Of a stretch of 64,000 nucleotides of DNA, positions 58,401 to 64,000 are shown in pieces. The position numbers and the translations under genes were made by a program. The stretch covers positions 9,412 to 73,411 of the forward strand of contig JACQSF010000009.1 in assembly GCA_016206085.1 (NCBI GenBank), written 5' to 3'. The first letter of the stretch is position 1; every line of letters starts with the position of its first letter. Origin of the DNA: Candidatus Uhrbacteria bacterium (GTDB lineage: Bacteria; Patescibacteriota; Patescibacteriia; UBA9934; GWF2-40-263). The notes under the pieces were generated by a model that saw nothing but the letters and a program-made list of their open reading frames with translations, was not told the origin of the DNA and did no database searches.

Positions 58401-61400
58401 GATACCCCGTCAGAGCCCCACAACTCTCTTGTCCATCCAAGACGGAACAATCTTCATCGTCTGAACCATCCCCATCAATATCATCGGCGATATCGCATCC
58501 GCTATCGCCAATGGTTCCTCCATTACTCGTACAGGTCGTCGAAGTTCCTGCTGCGTCTCCAGCTTCATCATAGATCTCCGTTGTCACGGTAGAATCAAGA
58601 TAGATCTGTGTCGTTTCAATTCCTGCCATTCCACTTGAAGGAGCAAGGACATACAAAGAATGTCCTTCAGTCGCGACAGACTCATTGCTGATCGAAATTT
58701 CATCCGGATAATTCCCAATTTCTGCCATGACAAAATCTTCGTAGGTCCCTCCTTCAAATGTTTCCGAAAGGATCGTGGTCGCGTTGCGACCGGTCCCTCC
58801 TGTATATTCGCGGCAGCCGTTTTGTTCGGCCGGACAATCAACGCTCTCCTCAGGTAGGACATAATAACGACAGAATCCTTGGTCAGTCCACCATCCACCT
58901 GAATCCTCACAATCCGTTTCTTCACTTTCATCTTTTCGATAGGCAGAACACGCGTCTGAAATAGAAATCGTGTCTGAGTACTGACGGTAATGGATATTCC
59001 CTTTCGTATCGAAAAACTCCCGACAATCTGGATTGTTAAAAATATCATCATGCTCATCGCAGTCCTCGTTTGTCCAGACATCTGCCGTCAAATTTGCAGA
59101 GGTATCATCACACACGACCACATTTTCAGACGTCATCTGACGATGGGTACACGGGGCAAGATCAATCGCAAGTTCGGTGTATCCACTTGAGACAAACGTC
59201 TGACTCCCGGATGCGCTATTTGACTGCAACAGAGACCATGTTTGCAACTGGTAGCCTTCGTTGTCTGATCCTTCCCAGGTGAAATACGTCGCGGGTGTTT
59301 TGTTGGTGGCTGTGGCGTCCGCAATGTCAGGGCTCAAACAGAATCGAAGATCTGTATAGTATTCAATCCCCTCACCTCCCGCGTCAACGGCTCCGAGGTT
59401 TGTATACGAATCACATCCTACGTACTGCGATGCGCACACGCTTGCGCTGTCGGCGATAAAGTAGAGTGGGAATGACTCACGTTCAAAATCCGTGGCTTCT
59501 TGTTTGTACGTTGTGTACCCAACACACTCACTTGGACACGTATCAAGATCCGAGATAATCGCCGGCACATTCGGATCTCCGTCCTCTGGTGTGTACAGAC
59601 GACACCCTACTTCCTGTGCGGTACACACCTGGGCATACGAGTCACATTCCTCTGGATCTGTATCGTTTCCCGTGCATCCCAAGTAGCTTGGGGCAACCTG
59701 GTAGTACACTTGTGTCGGAGTACCGCTGTACCCCTCCGCAAAGATATTTGCATCTTCCCCAAGTTCGAGTTGCACCGCATCGATGTACACTTCATCAGAA
59801 GAGTAGAACGAAGAATTTCCGACTCCCACGCGAATCTGAACCGTTCCTTCCGGCGCAGTCACAAGACACTCAAATCGTTCAAAATCAGCCGTATCTGGTT
59901 CTTCAACCATCAGATACAAGTTAAACACACTGCTCCACTCACAATCTCCAGAAGACGATGTCCCGGAAGCATCAATGGAATTTCCGTCTTCATCTAAAAA
60001 GAGGAGGAGACCCACACCGCTATCACCCGATGTCTGTGCCTGAAAATAGGTACTGAAGGTATAAAAATTATTCTCAGAGGCACTGATATCCTGATAGAGA
60101 TAATTCAGGGTGCCTGCAGAATAGAGAAGTGAAGTCGACCCAAACTCTGAATTGCTTGTATCAAGCGTGTATCCTCCTGCTGTCAACGGAACCCATCCAT
60201 CAGGCGTTCCATCCGCGTCCTCATCCTCCTCAAACGAAGGATTCTGCACGCTGTTGAGATACACCGTCTCATCGAACTCATACAATTGGGTACAACCGAC
60301 ATCATTCTCACTACATTGTGTCGCGTCATTGGTGAGATAGAGACGATCCTCATAGGCATACTGTTCATACGTATACGTTTCACCAGAATCAGAAGTATAG
60401 ACGTACGATGTTCGTCCCACTGATCCACTCCCATCCCAGTAATTCCAATCCACGTCTCGCTCTTCTAGAAGATACTCATCTCCTGTGGCAAGCCATTCAT
60501 ACGTATCATCTTCTGTGTCCGTCGTCCCCGCATCCTCAAGATACTTATTTGTACGGTACCAACGACACCCAGCATTATCCTGATCACAGACACTGTAGTT
60601 CACCGTACTCACAAGAAAATCTCCATCGTCCCCTGTTTGGGTATTCGTAAACGAAAGACAGGTGGCGTACTGTGCCGGACACTCGTCGCCACGGAACCGC
60701 CAGACGTTCTTCTCCTGGGTGCAGTACCCATAGCCATCAACACAATTTCCCTTGTTATCCTCCCCAATACAACTTGGTGAATCAACACACGTCGTGTTGC
60801 GCCCGCTGGAAAGCGTTGAAATACGGATCTCGCCGTTGCCCACAGCGCGACATTCTGTTTTTGGATATTTCAAGACCCAGTTTGGATCAATGAGATGACA
60901 CCACTTGCTGTCAGAATCCGACGTGCTTGCCGACCCAATGGTTCCCTCTTGCGTACAATCATTGAACCCATCGATCACTTCTTGGAGCGTGGCGGGATTG
61001 GATTCACTGTTGCGACTTGCAGCCAACTCCCATCCAATCGGGAGCACGCGCGCTTTGCGCAGCTTCACAAGGTTTCCGTAGCAATACCCGTAGGTATAAC
61101 AAAACGGATCTTGGTTGGCGGCTTCGTTGTCAGGCGCAATGAGTGGCCAATCTCCATCAAGCAACCCCTCATCAATCGCCTCTTGCACCGTTAACGGGAC
61201 ACCGGCAGTTCCACGATTCACGGCTGCCAAAAAGTTCACGTCCATGACACAGTTATAGAGTCCTCGGTTGATCGTTCCTTGTGCTGTACACACAACAAAC
61301 TCGGAAAGCGCATCATACTCGGTCGTGGCGATTGGATTTGTTGTGATGATCGACGCAAATCGTTCCTGCGCCGCCTCCCTGTCCCCGGCTCCGACCGCTT

Positions 61401-62460
61401 CCAGGTCAAACGGATCGACGACCTCAGTATCAAACAATCCGGTATAAATTCGGTTAAGAAGCTGGGACAACAAGACGTTTGTAAAGGTCGACGCGGTCGA
61501 AAGGGCAAGACCCCCAATGAGATCTCCGGCGTTAGCAAGCTCGCCAACACGAATTTGAGAATCATCCCCTTTTGCTTTCTTGAGTGCCTCCTCAAAATCC
61601 GCTTGGAGCGTTTCAGAAGGTGTTTTAACCGTTCCCGTAATAAAGTCCTTTACGTTTTTATAGGTACTCTCGTTGCGCTCCAAAAACTGAAGCAATTTCT
61701 GTTCGTGAACTTTCTGGTCAATGGCGATATTAATACGTAACGTCGCTGTCAATTCGTTTTGACCCGGTTTAAGAGCACTGGCAAATGTTTTTAGAATTGC
61801 TTCCTGTCTTCCTTCTGGATCGAGATATTTCTGATAAATATCTGCTCCAAATTTCTCCCAATTACCCAGAACCTCCATGAAGTCACATTTGGGCTCGCTG
61901 GGTTGATACTTTTGTTTGATTCCCAATGAAAGAGCAAGTTGAAGGCTCTGGGAGGATGGTTGACACAGATCAAATTCAATTCCTAATTTGCTGGAAGAAA
62001 GTTGAGACATACTCCCAATCGCCTCTCCTGCGACTTCCAACCCCAACTGACCAAACGCTTCCGATGGAGTCTGATTGTAAAACAACGAGTCCTCACCAGG
62101 ACCACCCGAAGCAATCGCCACGGCTGCCTCGTAAGCAAGGCGGTTGAGCACAAACTGAGAAAGATTCAGCAGAGCCTGAATGAGCGCAATACGAAATGTC
62201 GGAGACAAAATCTTTTCTCCGACAATCTGCAAACTCTGTTTGATTCCTTTTTGTGGACACGGGACGGGGGAGGGACCACCAGACGTACATCCTCCTTCCG
62301 CGGCACCAGCTGCCAACTCCCCAGCCGCAATGGCCGCGGAATCCACGGCGTAGACCGGTTGCACAAAAGAAAAAATACCGACAACCAAAAATACTCCTAC
62401 ACACAAAGACAAAACTCCGGCCACGAACCATCGTTTGTGTTTGTGCCAGAACAGTCTCAT
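52495..62460 (-). CDS. Giant (3321 aa) secreted/surface protein, Cys-, Asp-, Gly-, Thr- and Ser-rich
   Basis: Uninterrupted 9.97 kb ORF. N-terminal signal/TM (FVAGVLSLCVGVFLVVGIFSF). Hundreds of Cys in CxxC/CxnC spacings, DGDG/DxDxDG motifs. No recognisable enzymatic motif. Confidence 0.7.
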   Translation of the reverse strand: MRLFWHKHKRWFVAGVLSLCVGVFLVVGIFSFVQPVYAVDSAAIAAGELAAGAAEGGCTSGGPSPVPCPQKGIKQSLQIVGEKILSPTFRIALIQALLNLSQFVLNRLAYEAAVAIASGGPGEDSLFYNQTPSEAFGQLGLEVAGEAIGSMSQLSSSKLGIEFDLCQPSSQSLQLALSLGIKQKYQPSEPKCDFMEVLGNWEKFGADIYQKYLDPEGRQEAILKTFASALKPGQNELTATLRINIAIDQKVHEQKLLQFLERNESTYKNVKDFITGTVKTPSETLQADFEEALKKAKGDDSQIRVGELANAGDLIGGLALSTASTFTNVLLSQLLNRIYTGLFDTEVVDPFDLEAVGAGDREAAQERFASIITTNPIATTEYDALSEFVVCTAQGTINRGLYNCVMDVNFLAAVNRGTAGVPLTVQEAIDEGLLDGDWPLIAPDNEAANQDPFCYTYGYCYGNLVKLRKARVLPIGWELAASRNSESNPATLQEVIDGFNDCTQEGTIGSASTSDSDSKWCHLIDPNWVLKYPKTECRAVGNGEIRISTLSSGRNTTCVDSPSCIGEDNKGNCVDGYGYCTQEKNVWRFRGDECPAQYATCLSFTNTQTGDDGDFLVSTVNYSVCDQDNAGCRWYRTNKYLEDAGTTDTEDDTYEWLATGDEYLLEERDVDWNYWDGSGSVGRTSYVYTSDSGETYTYEQYAYEDRLYLTNDATQCSENDVGCTQLYEFDETVYLNSVQNPSFEEDEDADGTPDGWVPLTAGGYTLDTSNSEFGSTSLLYSAGTLNYLYQDISASENNFYTFSTYFQAQTSGDSGVGLLLFLDEDGNSIDASGTSSSGDCEWSSVFNLYLMVEEPDTADFERFECLVTAPEGTVQIRVGVGNSSFYSSDEVYIDAVQLELGEDANIFAEGYSGTPTQVYYQVAPSYLGCTGNDTDPEECDSYAQVCTAQEVGCRLYTPEDGDPNVPAIISDLDTCPSECVGYTTYKQEATDFERESFPLYFIADSASVCASQYVGCDSYTNLGAVDAGGEGIEYYTDLRFCLSPDIADATATNKTPATYFTWEGSDNEGYQLQTWSLLQSNSASGSQTFVSSGYTELAIDLAPCTHRQMTSENVVVCDDTSANLTADVWTNEDCDEHDDIFNNPDCREFFDTKGNIHYRQYSDTISISDACSAYRKDESEETDCEDSGGWWTDQGFCRYYVLPEESVDCPAEQNGCREYTGGTGRNATTILSETFEGGTYEDFVMAEIGNYPDEISISNESVATEGHSLYVLAPSSGMAGIETTQIYLDSTVTTEIYDEAGDAAGTSTTCTSNGGTIGDSGCDIADDIDGDGSDDEDCSVLDGQESCGALTGYLVAGKTFVLDFWAKGNGNLYVTFGEQGGAGDVHDFVDPNSGVSDLTPVALDGSWVLYSLGPVDTSAYADFDENAVVRFATDAEMEFYLDNVTLKQVEENITIIKNSWVVPSTCDQTPEGVDSDQYYLGCEAYTDHNGSAVDLYQFSDLCSEEVVGCEGFYHTANSDSPYTQVYNARCMYSSDTDFTDDDVVTRNTACKINEIEYCTIIVGESYCLFDADQAFPGDLPVEEVSSSEYYAVVYGSETVIVPGDTPVYIVADESDQCASSAMGCQELGKPTYTQDQREVESFESVYYINLPADYDSILCDQEALFCEEWASTQDGNFYFKDPLDKECEYKTSVTINNRSYFGWFRTGTNEPCYWEDKDGDGVYDQDEDEAYLIAGEEFGVWNNGDQDDGDTDYWDFYDGWVASCSSKYDLCTEFIDVVDTGGGLNEDGQSYYFTNDDLLSEDTLTDSQRCNGQVSQKFGCALFNNTTVSELTYHASASYVLSTHADVFYGTEMNDLVDPISCTTQDGGVFTISDADAAIAGTGTEVDLCARRCAYTVESGDQLTTTGSEQGAVDTVYYNGSCFVDSDCGLLTTYKGEDVSGTCTDVVDAYALEDDTNEVIKVNRDRSCAAWLSCESSRTSWNTQTNTYDTICDSINLCVEGQQQGDRAICSQWDQSDPSILSAYHYSVRDVSWTGYEYSGNAIPNQLPVELYDQYNIAAQSVCVNSSGVALTGSAYITQGDTTLPRACGSYADCPLDSSARCSTDSDCTSNSGHASGVCDRASGQCYFACENSNETDYRLVYNAGPCDSTESGDGNGGSCVIGHCEDSAVSCASDDDCSDGESCVVGYLQATGTVGCDEDCSCNPDENEGNGTNADCSGVTSSSGISTLICDPIGFVCVDELTTNVLYRDACVTDSSNRTCVPASTSTTGSCFNDRCLTDILDVNGDGFADRLEVDDAREQSCRAYPEIDSPFPTDVVQYWIQYTAENIEADGESPVSSDSNSKVNPPTSQAALPYSYVNGFQDSTTCAIDASGNPVDCICSYDKAEYGDGTGYRYFELGTGVADVPEGICSGGPVNGIPCQDDDDCSFTSTDGKTTQSGICSYVSRVDSVYGWNGYCIEKDSSIQTLGSSAPEDQACLTWLPVDQLTGATDLYAKYTSAGYQPQDTYYCAEVELGYTVGTSEIACAEVQDNNCNDGSDWQHFSNEADNSRDSQDDCVAAVWCPDGFFAVMTGCGSNDTNNECTASGDKDCPYFCVPKLSYKTQDDDRGVSGDTCLTPDAALGITVESSPFTANNDADAPTGAYYLNVNSVGDHWAGLAAPNIRVYVLPPTDFDTAVDYYDDCEARGVLSEGAEAFSYSEYTGGGVDFLLSTYDAGGALSGKGFRNLNNNFVPGAVCTSVVQVSAKSTQDEQVLPFDTYNAAWTNKLWDHESNTQPLSSSNPSFLGYQFGSLQSPYGIATDYLSLKLERDPEPWVLAMCLVEGYGQELPPVDLVCDSGDVVTSSSGEDARANRDVSLTVQTDVISSYCLNVDCDCNDSGEENEQWCNWNSSSGAAVYCGGGYCENDNSISCSFIDANEDGVDDTCEDEGVDGACAAGTCVGGSYDGLACEGDQTCWVNYCHGSYSTDGSRQLSGATCIANDDAPVYALSVGSKGDAIGLLSQIFGRIYGIVEFTDDGYGEVDTGVIPTNETIFTDREPLGDFERFDFDTDNFETSFSDWIWDTRASAQDNPEDKAPTIVSIGECEGTLCYEGVKNKFSVNEVDSADIEGEGSKHVTVAFYAYADSDQMPIRRVIVDWGDNMAGIGGNSNPWPFGSYSGSIARNNFYKNYRGLNSVSDSQECSNDPDEFGQSSNACSSSYIAFTHDYTCTTGRLAQLEGRECIFDEEDGRLIYSPCVSGDFCVFQPRVHVMDNWGWCTGYCTAGDDGTEGCYTGVIGSSTQDECNIEECPSENNSDSICEDSSGRIVNPWINYDGVVKILTE

Positions 62461-62462
62461 AC

Positions 62463-63155
62463 CTACGGTGATGTTGTTAGATATTCATCCAGGAGTCCAG
62501 ACTCGGAAGCTTCCCCAAGTGCCCCGTAAAAAAATGCTTTGAGTGTTTCATCATCGATCTGGTCAAGTTCTTCCTGGGTCATTCCAGACTCCAGAAGCGC
62601 GGCGCGGATCTGATCCATGGTTGCCTGTTGAAAAAAGTTCGCCACGTCTTCTTCTGATTCAAATGTCACGCTTCCCGCATCCAACAGATCGCCCTCCCCC
62701 ACCAGTCCTTCAATGAACGCATCGGCAGCGGACGTTTCAGCCACGGCCTCTGCCGATCCAGAAATACGTCCACAATTTTGTCCAGTAGGACAGTTCGGAT
62801 TGTTCCCTGAGTACACTTCTTCCTGATCGCTAAAACCATCGGAATCAGAGTCGACAATATAGGGCGATGTTTTGTACACGTAGAGTTCGTCGTAATCGAC
62901 AAGCCCATCTTGATCCGTATCATTTGTTTTGGACTCCTCCAGTTCCCGTGCCTCGCGCGCGTCGGAGGTTAAAAATTCTTCCCCGGTGTAGAACGCCGCA
63001 ATTTGTTCTTGAATTGGTCTCATCATGTTGATGCCAAACGACTGAGCGCCAAATGCCACACCGCCCAGACCCAAAAACATCAAAAGACCAAAAGCAACCT
63101 TTTGCTCAGTCGATAGAGGCGAGGCTGGCTTAAGTCTCAACCGTTGTGTAGCCAT
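62463..63155 (-). CDS. Membrane-anchored protein with Ca-binding-like DxDxDG repeats (thrombospondin-type-3 / dockerin-like)
   Basis: TM helix AFGLLMFLGLGGVAFG. DTDQDGLVDYDE and DSDSDGFSDQEE motifs. Start taken at MATQRL (the listed ORF starts at a GTG inside the upstream hairpin). Immediately precedes the giant gene. Confidence 0.45.
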   Translation of the reverse strand: MATQRLRLKPASPLSTEQKVAFGLLMFLGLGGVAFGAQSFGINMMRPIQEQIAAFYTGEEFLTSDAREARELEESKTNDTDQDGLVDYDELYVYKTSPYIVDSDSDGFSDQEEVYSGNNPNCPTGQNCGRISGSAEAVAETSAADAFIEGLVGEGDLLDAGSVTFESEEDVANFFQQATMDQIRAALLESGMTQEELDQIDDETLKAFFYGALGEASESGLLDEYLTTSP

Positions 63156-63170
63156 GAGACTATTATAGCA

Positions 63171-63200
63171 AAACACCTGAGGTTAACCCAGGTGTTTTTT
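63171..63200. terminator. Hairpin (cacctgaggttaacccaggtg) with flanking A/T runs, overlapping the rsmA stop
   Basis: Seen directly. T-tract is weak on the minus strand (4 T), stronger on the plus strand (6 T). Confidence 0.35.
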
Positions 63201-63986
63201 ACTCTTTTCGTTGAGGATGTGGGTAAGTGCGATCCAGTTTTCCACAGAAAGCTCCTGGGCACGAGCCGAGGGAGAAAGCCCAAGACTCTTGAGAGCTTGT
63301 TTTATCTGTTCTGAATTATGTGCAAAGGACTTCAAATTCCCATGAAGTTGTTTGCGGCGTGAACAAAATCCACGCTTGACTAGAGCGATCACGTCTTCTG
63401 GATCGATTCCCCAAGACGATGAATCGAACACTTCAAATTGAACGACCGTTGAATCCACCTTTGGTATGGGTCGAAACGCTCCAGCGGGAACCTTGGCGAC
63501 GTGCTTGCATTTCGCATACAGCTGACACATGACGGACAAGAGACTCATGTCAGGGGGCACGGCCGTGATGCGGTCAGCGACTTCTTTCTGAACCATGAGG
63601 ATCATGCGAGAAGGTTTGGGATCAGTCGTCAAAAAACGTCTAAGAAGGTCGGAGGTGATGTTGTAAGGGATGTTGGCAATGAGCTTGTAGCGGTAGCCGC
63701 AGGCTTTAGCCTGCGCGGGAGTGAACCCCCAAGAGAGAACATCCCCTTCGATCAGTTCGATCGAATCGCCAAATCTTTCTCGCAGGGGGGCGATGAGCGA
63801 CGTGTCCGCTTCAACCGCGATGACGTGAGCACCCGCATCAACAAGCGCCTGCGTCAGAACACCTGTCCCAGGACCAACCTCAAGGACGGTTTCGCCAGGA
63901 GTAATCTGTGCAGCCTTGACAATCTTCTTCACGACCGTCTTGTCCATCAACCAATTCTGCCCAAATGATTTTTTCGCACGAGTCAT
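63183..63986 (-). CDS. rsmA: 16S rRNA (adenine1518/1519-N6)-dimethyltransferase
   Basis: SAM-binding motif VLEVGPGTGVLT and N-terminal FGQNWL. KsgA signature. Confidence 0.9.
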   Translation of the reverse strand: MTRAKKSFGQNWLMDKTVVKKIVKAAQITPGETVLEVGPGTGVLTQALVDAGAHVIAVEADTSLIAPLRERFGDSIELIEGDVLSWGFTPAQAKACGYRYKLIANIPYNITSDLLRRFLTTDPKPSRMILMVQKEVADRITAVPPDMSLLSVMCQLYAKCKHVAKVPAGAFRPIPKVDSTVVQFEVFDSSSWGIDPEDVIALVKRGFCSRRKQLHGNLKSFAHNSEQIKQALKSLGLSPSARAQELSVENWIALTHILNEKSKKHLG

Positions 63987-64000
63987 ACGTCGATCTCGAT

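Noticed and set aside
52593-62529. Dozens of short ORFs on both strands inside the giant gene
   Set aside because: The 9.97 kb minus-strand frame is uninterrupted and compositionally coherent. The short ORFs are shadows.
1-64000. CRISPR arrays, rRNA genes, prophage structural genes, integrases
   Set aside because: No spacer-interleaved direct repeat arrays, no rRNA-like conserved stretches, no capsid/terminase/tail or tyrosine/serine recombinase motifs were seen. The only mobile-element trace is the IS30 remnant.

Overview
This 64 kb window reads as a compact, gene-dense bacterial chromosome segment with roughly 50% G+C by eye. The gene content suggests a reduced-genome, possibly CPR/Saccharibacteria-like organism, but that placement is an inference. 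Supporting content: a minimal core gene set, a VirB4/VirB6 type-IV-secretion-like operon ending in comFC, a giant Cys/Asp-rich surface protein, and many small lipoproteins.

Core genes recognised: dnaE, pheS-pheT, rseP, a phosphohexomutase, lemA-htpX-clpC, radA, recG, serS, rsmA, three tRNAs (Arg, Ser, Ser) and a VapBC-like toxin-antitoxin pair.

The most striking feature is an about 8.6 kb island (about 11.47-20.09 kb) whose G+C is far higher (roughly two-thirds by eye, GC3-rich codons). Its borders coincide exactly with a terminator hairpin on one side and the tyrS start codon on the other. The island carries:
- a translationally coupled operon: tyrS, a GCS2 carboxylate-amine ligase, an unknown 293-aa protein, an enolase-superfamily (MR/MLE) enzyme and a class-I glutamine-amidotransferase-like protein;
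- ychF with its own promoter;
- a low-GC IS30 transposase remnant;
- an opine/ketopantoate-reductase-like dehydrogenase.

Further high-GC genes are scattered downstream: an M23 peptidase lipoprotein, a lipoprotein, and an HExxH secreted protein. Two of these sit behind a duplicated low-GC 78-nt promoter/operator block. The 47.5-52.5 kb stretch is accessory-like: direct and hairpin repeats, a nucleotidyltransferase (possible antibiotic-modifying enzyme), a TPR protein, and a small wHTH-like gene flanked by hairpin elements.

Three caveats. All functional calls come from reading motifs by eye; no searches or computations were run. Start coordinates are inferred and may be off by a few bases: the 6-frame track appears to accept GTG/TTG starts, so several true starts are probably internal Met residues. 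A chimeric metagenomic assembly must be excluded before the high-GC island is interpreted as horizontal transfer.
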